The translations under genes were made by a program, and so were the position numbers. From NCBI GenBank assembly GCA_963806165.1, contig CAWDWZ010000007.1, forward strand, positions 1 to 64,000: a stretch of 64,000 nt of DNA, given 5' to 3'. Positions 45,821 to 56,900 of the stretch are shown here, in pieces. This DNA comes from Thermoanaerobaculia bacterium. GTDB taxonomy: Bacteria > Acidobacteriota > Thermoanaerobaculia > Multivoradales > JAGPDF01. Positions within the stretch are counted from its first letter, which is position 1; each line of letters opens with the position of its first letter. The notes below the pieces were generated by a model. It did not search any database, was not told where the DNA came from, and saw only the letters and a program-made list of their open reading frames with translations.

Positions 45821-46363
45821 TCAGGGCCCGGAGCCGAAACGGACGAGCCGCTCGCGCAGAGCGCTCCGCGCCTCGAATAGGCGGGACTTGATGGTCTTCA
45901 CAGGTACGCCGATCACCTCGGCCATCTCCAGGTAGGAGAGGCCGTGAAAGTGGCGCAGCACGACAACGGCGCGCTGCGCCGGCGGCAGTTCGAGGACCGC
46001 GTCCTGAATCTCGCGTCCGGCCTCGCGGGCGGCGCTCTCCTGCTCCGGGCTGGCTGCGCCGCTCGCCCACTCCGGATCGAGCTCGACAAAGCGGCGGCGC
46101 TCCTGGACGGTGTCCAACGCCTCATTCATGCCGATGCGATAGATCCAACTGAAGAACGGCCGCGTGGTGTCGAAGCGGTGAAGGTTCTTGTACGCCTTGA
46201 GGAAGGTGGATTGAGCGGCGTCCATGGCGTCGGCGGGATTTCCCGTCACGCGCAGGGCGAGGTTGAAAATCCTCGACTCGTAGCGCTCGACCAGCTCGTC
46301 GAAGGCCCGCCGCTCCCCGGCGAGGGTGGCCCGGGCCAGCTCGCTGTCGTCTCGTATCGGCAT
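45821..46363 (-). CDS. ECF (sigma-24) RNA polymerase sigma factor
   Basis: Region 2 (AFDELVERYESRIFNLALRVTGN...AQSTFLKAYKNLHRFD) and region 4 (LPPAQRAVVVLRHFHGLSYLEMAEVIGVPVKTIKSRL). Confidence 0.85.
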   Translation of the reverse strand: MPIRDDSELARATLAGERRAFDELVERYESRIFNLALRVTGNPADAMDAAQSTFLKAYKNLHRFDTTRPFFSWIYRIGMNEALDTVQERRRFVELDPEWASGAASPEQESAAREAGREIQDAVLELPPAQRAVVVLRHFHGLSYLEMAEVIGVPVKTIKSRLFEARSALRERLVRFGSGP

Positions 46364-46403
46364 GAGTGCGGTGGGCGTTGCGAGACCTTTCCGAGGCGCT
46401 TCG

Positions 46404-46688
46404 TCAACCGATGTCGAAGATGGCGTCGAACATAGCGAGCCGAAAGAGCTCGCGAATGTGGGGGTTCAGATTCACCAGCTTGAGACGGTGGCCGGAGTCC
46501 ATGAGCCTTTTTTGCAGGCCGAGCAGCACCCCCAGCCCGGCGCTCGAGATGTAAGCCAGATCCTGGCAGTCGACGACGGCCGAACTCGTCACCCCGGCCA
46601 GCAGCTCTCTGGCCCTCTCTTGCTCGGCGGCGTCGAACCGGCCGACGAGCTTGAGAGAACCGTCCTCCGCGAAGCGGACCTCGAACAT
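46404..46688 (-). CDS. STAS-domain anti-sigma factor antagonist (RsbV/SpoIIAA-like)
   Basis: ...VVDCQDLAYISSAGLGVLLGLQKRLMDSGHRLKLVNLNPHIRELFRL. Confidence 0.7.
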   Translation of the reverse strand: MFEVRFAEDGSLKLVGRFDAAEQERARELLAGVTSSAVVDCQDLAYISSAGLGVLLGLQKRLMDSGHRLKLVNLNPHIRELFRLAMFDAIFDIG

Positions 46689-46689
46689 C

Positions 46690-47139
46690 TCAGCGCCTCC
46701 GCTGTTTCTCCGCCGACACACGCATCGCGCGGTCCTGATACTCGTAAGTGACTCGATCCACGACAGAATTGACGAGGTGCATGCCCAGCCCGCCGGGATT
46801 CCTCTCCGCGAGCGGTACGTCCAGCTTCACCGCTGGAACGGACTTAAGATCGAAAGGCTCCACGTCGTAGTCTGTGAAGCGGAGAAAGACACGAGGCTCG
46901 GAGACGTCGAGCTCCAGCAGAATGTGGTCGCCGCGTCCCACGTTGTGCCGGATCATGTTGGTGAACAACTCTTCGGCGGCGAGGTTGATGCAGAAGGCGG
47001 TGTCCTCTTCGGCCGAGCCTTCCGGAAGTCGCGCCTGGAGAAACGCGAACATTTCATCGAGCGCGGAGAGTTTCCTCGCCAGCCGGCAGGATTGCAGCAC
47101 GGTTTCGAGCAAGATATCACCCCAAGGTAGCACGACCAT
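46690..47139 (-). CDS. Anti-sigma regulatory factor (RsbW-like Ser kinase, HATPase_c_2)
   Basis: ...INLAAEELFTNMIRHN...GGLGMHLVNSVVDRVTYEY. Confidence 0.65.
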   Translation of the reverse strand: MVVLPWGDILLETVLQSCRLARKLSALDEMFAFLQARLPEGSAEEDTAFCINLAAEELFTNMIRHNVGRGDHILLELDVSEPRVFLRFTDYDVEPFDLKSVPAVKLDVPLAERNPGGLGMHLVNSVVDRVTYEYQDRAMRVSAEKQRRR

Positions 47140-47190
47140 TCGGCGGCCCGCGCGTCCTCACCGCTGGACTGGCACGCTAAGCTAGACAGG

Positions 47191-48891
47191 ATGTTTCGCC
47201 TCCACGTCGTCCCGGCGGAAGGCCAGGCGTTCGATCGTCTGGTCGATGGGGAGGAGCTGGTCATCGGCCGGGCTGCCCACGCCGACCTCGAGGTGGCGGA
47301 CCTTTGCGTATCGCGACGCCATGCTCGACTCTTCAGGCAGGGCGAGAGCCTGATGCTAGAGGACCTGGTCTCGCATAGCGGGACATACCTCAATGGTAGG
47401 CGGCTCGTGGGCCCCGCGGCAGTAAGCCCTGGCGACACGATCCGGATCGGAGGAACGGTCATCTCCGTGCACTCCGATTCCGCTCCAGCTTTCACGCCCG
47501 CGGCAGGCGAAGCCCCTGTCACCGAGCTCTTTCGACCCGCGGTCGACTTCCTCAGTGTCGCTCCGCCGGCCGCCGAGCTCCGCGACAACCAATTCGCGCG
47601 CTATGCCGAACGGCTCGAGATGATCAATGGCGTCCACCGCGCTTTGGGCCGGTCGATCTCGCTCAAAGACCTGCTGGAGCTCATTCTCGATCGGGTGTTC
47701 GACCACCTGCAGCCGGAAGACGGCGCGATCGTGCTGCGCAGCGAAAATGGAGAGTTCTATCGCGCCGCGACACGGACGTCGACCGGAGGCAAGGTGGATG
47801 ATCTCTACTCGCGTACCCTTTTGCACGAGGTCGCCGAAAAGGGGATGGCGGCACTTGTCCTGGACGCGCGCGAGGACGAGCGCTTCGCCGCTGCCGAGAG
47901 CTTCGTCGCCTCGGGCATTCGCAGCCTGGTGGCGGCGCCCCTGTTCGATGGCGAGGGCTGTCTGGGAATGATCGCTCTCAGCTCCCGTCTGCATCTGCGG
48001 CGCTTTTCCACCGAGGACATGGAGCTGCTGGTCTCGCTCGCCTCGGTTGCGGCGCTGCGGATACGTAACATCGCACTGACCGACGAAGCTTCCGAACGTC
48101 GGCGCATGAAGGAGGAGCTCGACTTGGCGCGGAAAATCCAGGTAGCTCTCCTGCCGGCACGGCTGCCAGAGGTTCCTGGATACTCGCTGTACGGAGACAA
48201 TCTTGCGTCGCGCGGTGTCTCCGGCGACTATTACCTGGTCACCGAGCGGCCTGTCGCGGATGGCTCTGAGAGCTCCGATCGCTCCGCTGGCGCCGATGCA
48301 TCCGCAGCGGCAAGAGAATGCGTGCTGATGGTCGCCGACGTCGCCGGCAAAGGGATGACCGCGGCGTTGCTGGCCGCCTGCCTCGAAGCGCTCTCGGCCG
48401 GGCCGATCGAGGAAGGCCTGCCGCCGGAGGCCATCTGTGCGCGCATCGCCCGGCTGCTGTACGCCCGTACCAGCGCCGAGAGTTTCGCGACCGCGTTCCT
48501 GGGAGTGCTCGATCCAGCGACCGGTCGCTTGCGCTACGCCAATGCCGGACACAATCCGGCCCTCCTCGTTCGCGCCTCCGGAGAGGTCGAGCGCCTGCTT
48601 GCCACCGGCACCCCCCTGGGTGTGCTGCCGGCGGCACGCTACACGGTGGCGGAGGTCACCCTTGCCCAAGGAGAGTTCCTGGTTCTTTACACGGACGGCA
48701 TCGTCGAAGCCACGAACCCCGACGACGAGGAGTACGGCCTCGAGCGGATGATCGAGACCGTGCTGCGGCATCGCGGGGAGAGCCTGGATCGACTGGCCCG
48801 TGCTCTGAACGCCGATCTCGAGACCTTCGTGCGCGGCATCCCCTTCGCCGACGACCGGACCCTGGTGCTCCTGCGGCGGCTCGCTCTCTGA
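47191..48891 (+). CDS. FHA + GAF + PP2C/SpoIIE phosphatase (RsbU/RsbP-like partner-switch input phosphatase)
   Basis: FHA (LVIGRAAHADLEVADLCVSRRHARLF...LEDLVSHSGTYLNGRR). GAF. PP2C (GVSGDYYLV...LMVADVAGKGMTAALLAA, YANAGHNPALLVR, LVLYTDGIVEATN). Confidence 0.8.
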   Translation: MFRLHVVPAEGQAFDRLVDGEELVIGRAAHADLEVADLCVSRRHARLFRQGESLMLEDLVSHSGTYLNGRRLVGPAAVSPGDTIRIGGTVISVHSDSAPAFTPAAGEAPVTELFRPAVDFLSVAPPAAELRDNQFARYAERLEMINGVHRALGRSISLKDLLELILDRVFDHLQPEDGAIVLRSENGEFYRAATRTSTGGKVDDLYSRTLLHEVAEKGMAALVLDAREDERFAAAESFVASGIRSLVAAPLFDGEGCLGMIALSSRLHLRRFSTEDMELLVSLASVAALRIRNIALTDEASERRRMKEELDLARKIQVALLPARLPEVPGYSLYGDNLASRGVSGDYYLVTERPVADGSESSDRSAGADASAAARECVLMVADVAGKGMTAALLAACLEALSAGPIEEGLPPEAICARIARLLYARTSAESFATAFLGVLDPATGRLRYANAGHNPALLVRASGEVERLLATGTPLGVLPAARYTVAEVTLAQGEFLVLYTDGIVEATNPDDEEYGLERMIETVLRHRGESLDRLARALNADLETFVRGIPFADDRTLVLLRRLAL

Positions 48892-48961
48892 CAGGCGGCG
48901 CCAACTTTCGGCGCCGGCGGGTGTACTTCATGGTGAAGGACGACTCGAAAGGAGAAGTGCC

Positions 48962-50223
48962 ATGAGCAACCCGAAGAGATGGGCGATCGCGGCGTTCATC
49001 ACGATCGCGGTGGTGGCGGTTTTCGGCCTGTACTATCCGCGCCCGCAGGCGACTTCCGTCGCCGGCACGATGGGTGGGGTGGAGAAGGCCGAGCGCTACC
49101 GGACAGCGCAGATCGCCAAGGGAGACGTCGGTCTCGAGAACCCGGAAGTCCACAATCTGCTCCAGAACGAGGAGGTCCAGCGCCTCTTCGCGGACGACAC
49201 GTTCCGCAAGGCGCTGGCCAGCCCCGCCATCCAGGCGGCGCTTGCCAACCCGGCGCTGCAGGCGGCGCTCGCCAATCCGGCGGTAGCGGCGGCGCTGGCC
49301 AACCCGGCGCTGCAGGCGGCGCTCGCGAATCCGGCAGCTGCGGCAGCGTTGTCAAGTCCGGCGCTGCAGTCCGCGCTCGCCAGTCCGGCGGCCGCGGCGG
49401 CACTCTCGAGCTCGGCGATGCACTCTGCGCTCGCCAGTCCGGCGATGCAGTCGGCTCTCGCCAGCCCGACGATGCGGGCCGCGTTGGCGCAGCCGGCGGT
49501 GGCGGCGGGGCTCGCCAGCCCGGCATTGCAGCTGCGTTGGCCAGTCCGGCAATCGCCGCGGCGCTCTCCAGCCCGGCGCTCCAGTCCGCTCTGGCGCAGC
49601 CCGCCATGCAGGCCGCGCTCGCCGATCCGGCGTTCCAATCCGCCCTGGCACAGCCGGCGATGCGGTCCGCGCTCTCGAGCCCGGCGCTCGCCGAGGCTCT
49701 GGCGAGCCCGGCGCTCAAAGCGGAGCTGGTCAGTCCGACCTCCAAGCCGCGCTGGCGAGCCCGGCCCTCCAGGCCGCTCTCGCCAACCCGGCGCTCGCAA
49801 GGGCGCTGGCCAATCCGGCGCTGGCCTCGGCCCTAGCGCAGCCTGCTTTCGCGGCGGCTCTGGCGCAGCCGGCGGTGGCTTCCGCGCTCACCCAGCCGGC
49901 CATGCAGGCCGCACTCGCTCAGCCGGCGCTCGCGGCCGCCCTCGCCCAGCCGGCGGTGGCGGCGGGGTTGGCCAGTCCGGCGCTCTCGGCGGCTCTGGCG
50001 CAGCCGGCGATGGCAGCGGCTCTCGCCAGTCCGGCGATGTGGGCGGCGTTGGCGCAACCCGCCCTGTCGGCGGCGCTCGCCAACCCGGCGCTGCAAGCCG
50101 CGCTGGCGAGTCCGGCGATGCGGTCGGCGCTGGCGCAGCCGGCGATGCAGCAGGGGCTCGCGTCGGCGCTGCTCATGCCGGCGATCCAAGCCAATGCCAT
50201 GCGATCGGATCTGGCGAAACAGT
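48962..50223 (+). pseudogene. Membrane-anchored protein made of ~40 tandem 9-aa repeats (L-A-x-P-A-x-Q-x-A; 27-bp DNA repeats), 2 frameshifts
   Basis: N-terminal TM helix (WAIAAFITIAVVAVFGLYY). Repeats LANPALQAA / LASPAMQSA / LAQPAVAAG read in frame 1 to ~49540, frame 2 to ~49745, frame 3 to 50223. Confidence 0.55.
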
Positions 50224-50331
50224 GAATCGGCCGGGCGTCCCGGCGATGCCGGCGGGCCCGTCGCTGGTGGCGGGCCCGCCGGCGGTTTCTTCGCCGTTCG
50301 AGTGGACAACTGGCCGCGACCGAGTTGGCTG

Positions 50332-53103
50332 ATGGAAGGCTTCGCGGCACGGCGCATTGCTGGGTGGACTGCTAGGACTGCGCTGGCCACGCTGGCTTCG
50401 CTGGCAACGCTGACCGCTTCTCCGGCGGAAGGCCAGCTGAAGGCGCTGCGCACCGAAGAGCTCCAACTGGTCTACTACGGCACCCTGCGTTATCTCGTGC
50501 CGCACGTCGCGCGCTGCTTCGAGAATGCGCTGGAGTTTCATCGCCAGACCTTCGGCTGGACGCCTTCGGAGCCGGTCTCCGTTCTCCTCCACGACTTCTA
50601 CGATCACGGCAACGCCGCCGCTTCGAGCGTGCCTTCGAACTACGTGCTCGCGGCGGTGGCGCCGTTCAGCTACGCCTTCGAGATCATCCCCGGGAACGAG
50701 CATCTCAACTGGATGCTCAACCACGAGCTGGTTCACGTCCTGGCGAGCGACATGGCGGCCGGCCGGGACGTGACGGCGCGCCGGCTCTTTCGCGGCAAGG
50801 TCTACCCGAGCCAGGAGCAACCGCTGTCGATGGTCTGGAGTTATCTGACCTCGCCGCGCCTCTACTCGCCGCGCTGGTACCACGAGGGCATCGCCAGCTT
50901 CATGGAAACCTGGATGGCGGGTGGACTGGGCGCGCCCAGAGCGCCTACGACGAGATGGCGTTTCGCACGATGGTCTGCGACGACAAGCCGATCCACGACC
51001 TGCTCGGATTCGAGACCGCAGCCACGACCGTCGACTTTCAGGTCGGCGCCAATGCCTATCTCTATGGCACTCGCTTCATGAGCCACCTCGCGCTCCGATA
51101 CGGGCCCGAGAAGCTCATCGCCTGGGTCGCGCGCACCGAGGGCAGCGCGCCCTTCTACTCGCGGCGCTTCGAGCAGCTGTTCGGCCTGCCGCTGGAGAAG
51201 GCCTGGGCGGAGTGGATCGCCGCCGAGTCGGAGTTCCAGCGCGCCAACCTCGAGCGTCTGCGCCAGAACCCGATCACCGCGGCGCAGCCGGTCGGCGATC
51301 GGCCGCTCGGGTCGGTGTCGCGGCCGGCCCTGGATCGCGTCGCGGGGGCGGTCTACCTCGGCGTCAGCTACCCGGGGCAGGTCGCGCATCTGGCGCGGCT
51401 CGATCTCGCGAGCGGCAAGCTCACCAAGCTCGTTGACCTCAAGGGCGCGGCGCTTTTCGGGGTGACCTCGATCGCGCTCGACCCGGAAGCGAAGCGGCTC
51501 TTTTTCGTCACCGACAACAACGACCTGCGGGATCTGAACGCTCTCGACCTCGCTACCGGCAAGGTCCGCAAGCTGCAGGTAGATGCGCGCGTCGGCGATC
51601 TCGCCTTCGATGCCACGACCCGCGAGCTCTGGGGCGTGCGCCACTACAACGGCATCTCGACCCTGGTGCGGATTCCGGCGCCTTACACCGAGTGGAAGCA
51701 GGTGGACTCGTTTCCGTACGGAACGGACATCTATTCGCCCGACATCTCGCCCGACGGCAAACGCCTGGCTGCGTCGCTCACCTTCGTCGACGGCAGCCAG
51801 GCGCTGGCGCTGTTCGATATCGAGAAGCTCCGTGCGGTGACGCCGGCTACGAAGCGATCGCCGAGCTCGGGAGCTCGTCGCCGGCCGACTTCGTCTTCTC
51901 GTCCGACGGCGCCTTTCTCTACGGCTCCTCTTACTATTCGGGGGTCTCGAACCTTCTACCGCTACCGCTTCGCGGACGGCGAGCTCGAGCCGCTCACCAA
52001 CGCCGACAGCGGTTTCTTCCGGCCGGTGCCGCTCGACGACCAGACGCTCTTCGCGCTGCGCTACACTGGGGAGGGGTTCGAGCCCGTCACCCTTCCCATC
52101 CGCCCGGTTTCGTCGCTGCGCTCGATCGAGTTCCTGGGCACGGCGGTGGCCGAGAAGTGGCCGATCGTCCGCAGCTGGAACATCGGCTCGCCGGCCGAGA
52201 TCGACCTCGCGGCGAAGACGCGCTACGACGGCGATTTCTCGATTCTCGGCTCGGTGGGCCTGTCGTCGGTCTACCCGATCGTCGAGGGCTACAAGGACGC
52301 CGTCGCGGCCGGGGTGCACTTCGACCTTCGCGATCCGCTGAGCCTGTCGCAGCTCGGGCTGTCGCTCTCGTACTCGCCGGACTCCGCGCTCGCGGCGGCG
52401 GAGCGCTGGCACGCCCTGGCCGAGCTGCGCTACCTCGACTGGCGGGCGCACGCGAGCTTCAATCGCGCCGACTTCTACGATCTCTTCGGGCCCGCCGAGA
52501 GCGGCCGCAAGGGCTACGCGCTCGGCCTCGAATACGTTCATACCCTTATCCTCGACGAGCCAAATCGACGGCTCGACGTTCGCGCGGCGCGACGGGTTAC
52601 GGCGATCTCGACACCCTGCCGGGCTTCCAGAACGTCCCCTCGCCCGCCAGCGACCTGGTCGAGCTCTCCGCTGGCCTCGATTACAAATCGGTGCGTGCCT
52701 CGCTCGGCGCGATCGAGCCCGAGGAGGGCGTCGAGCTGACGCTCGGCGGCGGCGATCGATTGGTCGCCGGCGAGCACTTCCCGCTGGCGCACTTCGACTT
52801 CGCGCGCGGCCTCGCCCTGCCGCTCGACCACTGCTCGCTCTGGCTGCGACAGCACGATCGGCGGCGCTCGAGGTGACCGCGAGAGCCCGTCGGAAACGTC
52901 TACTTCGGCGGCTTCCGCAACAACTGCGTCGGACGACGGGCCTACCGGAGTTACCGCGATCCGCTGGCCTTCCCGGGCTTCGAGATCGACCAGATCAAGG
53001 CCCACAGCTTCGGCAAGGCGATCGTCGAGCGGAACCTGCCGCCGCTGCGGCTGCGCCTCGGCAATCCGACGCTGTACGCCAACTCGATCGACGTCGCTTT
53101 CTG
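50332..53103 (+). pseudogene. Large (~920 aa) multidomain protein with an HExxH (HELVH) region and TolB-like beta-propeller repeats; >=5 frameshifts; may continue past 53103
   Basis: Segments alternate between frames: MEGFAARR...WMLNHELVHVLASD...; ...YDEMAFRTMVCDDKPI...; ...YSPDISPDGKRLAASLTFVDGSQALALFD...; ...RYRFADGELEPLTNADSGFF...; ...GNVYFGGFRNNCVGRRAYRSYRDPLAFPGFEIDQIKAH... Confidence 0.5.
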
Positions 53104-53399
53104 AGGGCGCGCTGATCGCTGATCCCGACCAGGGCGGCAGCGGCGGAGCAGACCACGGACGGCATCGAGATCGACGCCTGGTTCACCCTGCTCACCGACT
53201 TGGAGCTGACCCTGGCTCGCGCGCCGCCGCGGCCAGCGGAGCGGCGAACGTCGAGCGACGGATCGTCGTGCTGCTGCGTGCTGCCGCTGTGGTCCCCGCC
53301 TCGACGCGCGAGCCTGGAGGTTGGCGCGAAGCCCGGTTGAAAGGCATCGGCACACAGGCGTTCGCGTCCCGTCGATTCTCCGCGCGCCTCAGGCGGCGT

Positions 53400-56300
53400 G
53401 GCGGCTGTGTCGGACGACAAGGCAGACCGGGCGCGAGCGCGGCCGAGGATCTCGATGAGCGAGTCGACGCTGAAGCGGTCGATCTTGCGCCCGTGTGAAA
53501 TCGCTGATCGGCGGCTGCGGTAACGGCTGCAGGAGCTGGGCAGCCGCAGCCTGGGTCGGCTCTCGCGCTGCCGACAGGCGGGAAGGCTGGATCATCGGGA
53601 TCGGCGCGGATCTTCAATTCTGCGCCTTCTCAGCGAGAACCCGAGATCGGCGAAGATCATCGTCCGCTCGAAGGGCGGAATCTGGACGACATCGACTCCT
53701 CCCTTCCACTGCAGCGACGTGCTCGAGCTCCTTCAGCGGGAGCGCGCCGAGCTCAGTCGGCAGCCCAGGTCTTTCGGTCTTCTTCGCGAAGCGCATGCAG
53801 GCATGGACGGCTTCCCGAAACCTGGCCACGTAGAGCGCGCGATGCTGCAGTCGCGTCTGAATCCGGATTCTCCACTACGCCTGCGCTGATCGACGGCATC
53901 AGTTTCCAATCGGACCAGACGCAGACCCTGCTGGACCTCTTGGAGCTGATATCCGGACGCCCGCGGCGCGTCCTCAGGACGCTCGCGCAGGTCGGAAAGC
54001 GAGCTGCGGACCGACGTGAGGGGGCGAAGCACCACGGAAGGACGACACACCTGTTTGTATAGATCCTCGACCCTCCGCCAGGTCGCCCGCCTGCCGGAGC
54101 CGCTGCGTCGTTAGGCAGGTAGCGGACGCCTGACCCAGCGCGAGGAACGGAGGGCTTCGCCCGGAGGCCTCGAACCTGGCGCCGCTCAGGACTCGACGCG
54201 CGAGCCGACCTCGAAGCGGCGCGGGGTTTGCGACTGCGTGCGGTCGCTGAACGCGGAGCTGCTGAAGCCGTGGATGTTCTCGCAGACGGCGATCGTCCGC
54301 TCGCTGTCGAGAATGTTGGCGACCGAGCCGATCAACGCGACTCCGATCTGCCGAAGTCAAGATGGCGGGCGAGCGAGAGGTCGAGCTGGTAGTCGCTGTT
54401 GGCGCGCCGGCTGCTGCGTGCCGAGAAACGCTCGGCCGCCATAACTTCGAACAGAGGCCTCGGCTTGCGCGTAGGGGAACGGCGACGACCAGAAGAACGT
54501 TGACGCTGACGAAGTTCGGCCGCAAAAGGGTAGCGACGAAGTCGACCCGGCCGGCGCGTGTCGCCGATGCGGCAGCCGTAGCGCTCGACGCAGAGCTCGG
54601 GCAGACGTCGAAGTTGGCGTTGGTGCCGAGCGTGCCGATCAGATGGCCTTGGGAATCGACCAGGCGCACGACGCCAGCAGCCAGAGCCAGTCGGTGGCGC
54701 GGGATCCAGCTTCAGGATCGCGGCTGCAACTTGTGCCGAAGACCAGGGAGTTGGAAACGATGTAGAGGAGCAGGAACCGTCGTCGCGCGGTCAGGCGCCG
54801 AGGTTGCCGGAGCCGCCCCGAAGAAGCTCCGGGACCTCTCTGTCCACGTACCACAGCTTCATCGAGGTTCGCCGCGCGACTGCGCTCACAACCGACTATC
54901 AGCTCGTTGGCATAGGGGTGGATCCAGGCCGGCGGCGATCCGGGTCTGGCTCAGCCGAAGACGTCGGACGGGCGAGCGACCAGCCATTGGGTCCGAACCG
55001 TCCGGACCGGTGATCCAGGGCTGGCCGAGCTGGTCGGCCACACTTGTGGGGCGAGGTGACGCCGAGAATGTCGAGCAGGAGCCACACTGCGAGAGAGAGA
55101 AACCGACGCGCGCGTAGTCGGGCAAGCGCGGTCGTGGCCGTGAATGCAGCTGGTCGATGAGGCTGAAAGCACCCCGGCGTCACCGGTCAGTATCTGAGGC
55201 CAGGCCGAGCCGCTGAAGGAGAGGTCGGCGATGGCGGTGCGGTGACGCCGAGGTGACCTGGTCGTAGCGGGCGCCGATCTTAGAGTCAGGTTGGCCGGAC
55301 CTTCCAGCGAGGCTGCAAGCAGACGGACCGTCTTGCCGGTCGAGGCGAACTCCTGATCGCAGGTGTCAATCATTAATACGGTCAGCGACGATCAACTGTC
55401 CTCGGTACAGCGTCCGAGGTGAAGTCGTAGTAGAAGCCGCCGGCCAGGGCGAAGTCGCGCCGCCGGTAGCTGAAGATCGCTGTGCCGATGCTCGATGACG
55501 ATGCGCCGGCGAAGTCGTCGATGAACCAGGAGAGGTCGGCCGTACTGGTCGCGGTCGCGGCTGGAATAGTAGATCGAGAGCGTTCAGGAAGTGCTCAACT
55601 GCTGACATCATTGTAGTGTCCGCCGCGTCGAAGTTGCTGCTCTGGCTGGTAGACATTGTAGTCGATCCGGTTGATGCCGATGCCGAGGTTCCAGAGCAGG
55701 TCGCGCGCAGCACGCCGCTCGCGCCGCCGAACAATGGCGCCGCTGAGCTTGGAGCCGTAGGTCGATCCAGCCGACGAACTGATGGCGTTCGAGTCGTCGT
55801 GTCACGGATCGGCGAACGACTTGCGGGTCAGGCGCGAGCGAGGCGCGGCCTGCCAGGTTGAGCCTGCCAGGTAGGCGGTGGTGGCGTTCTCGCTGTGAAG
55901 TTGTCGCGCAGAGGATGCGTTGAACGCGAGTTGTAGATATTCATAGGCGGCGAAAGAACGAGTTGATCGTGATGATCGGGCCGCCGAGGCGGCGGATCGA
56001 ACCACTTCGTCGGTATCGTGATTGAAACGGTCGCTGTTCTGGGTGATCCAGCTTGAGCAAGCGGTGTCGAAAAGCTGCCCGAGAACTCGTTGCCGCCGGA
56101 CTTGGTGACGATGTTGACGACCCCGCCGATGGCGCCGCGCAACTCGGGCTGAAGTCTGTCTGGAGCGACACTTGAATTGTGTCGAACGGCAGATCGGTAG
56201 CCGAGTCGCCGGCCGCTGGGTCGGTGGTGTTCATGCCGTCGATCAGGAAGCGTTGCGGTAGATCGACGATCCGGTACCAGCGAGTCTCAGCGAAGCCCAA

Positions 56301-56900
56301 GGTCGATACCGCCGCCATGTCCAGCATGCTTCCATAGTCGCGCCAGTCGCGGCAAGCGCTGCACCTTCGAGGAACTCCGAACTCAAACGTCTGCGCGGCC
56401 GAACCGCGCCGGATCGACCATGGCTGTCAGGACCGTCATCTCTTCGGCGAAACTGTGAGTGCATCCCGACGTCGAGCTGGGTGGCGGCGGTCGAGGTGGG
56501 ACTGGACTTCGTCGCGCTCCTGAAACGAAGCCGGAGAGCTCGAACCGACGGCGAACAGCCGGGCGAAGAGGACCGGAATCTGGAAACGCCTTCCGCGTCG
56601 GTGACCAGGATCCTCGATGCCGCCGACGAGTCGGCGACGATACCGTCACTGTCGCTCCGGGCAGCGGTTGCTCTTCGCCCTCCGGACGGCGCTCAGTCGA
56701 ATTCAGCCGGTGGCGACTCGCCACTCCCAGGGTCGCGACGAAAGGCTAAGAACGAAAGCAGCCGCGACTGTTCCATCCTTCGCCGTCGCACCGGCGACGT
56801 TAGCTGCTCGAAGTGGAATCGCTGCGAGTCTGCCTCAAATGACTGGCTGCCGCAGGGAAGCGCCGTCGTTGCGCGGACCCACGTGAGAGCGACGAGCAGG
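53400..56900 (-). pseudogene. Remnants of a TonB-dependent receptor with an N-terminal CarbopepD_reg-like domain; badly fragmented (many frameshifts/stops)
   Basis: Minus-strand fragments: ...PGATVTVS... (carboxypeptidase-regulatory-like), ...RGAIGGVVNIVTKSGGNEFSGS... (end of plug domain), ...RANSDYQLDLSLA... (barrel strand). No frame stays open for more than ~250 codons. Confidence 0.3.
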
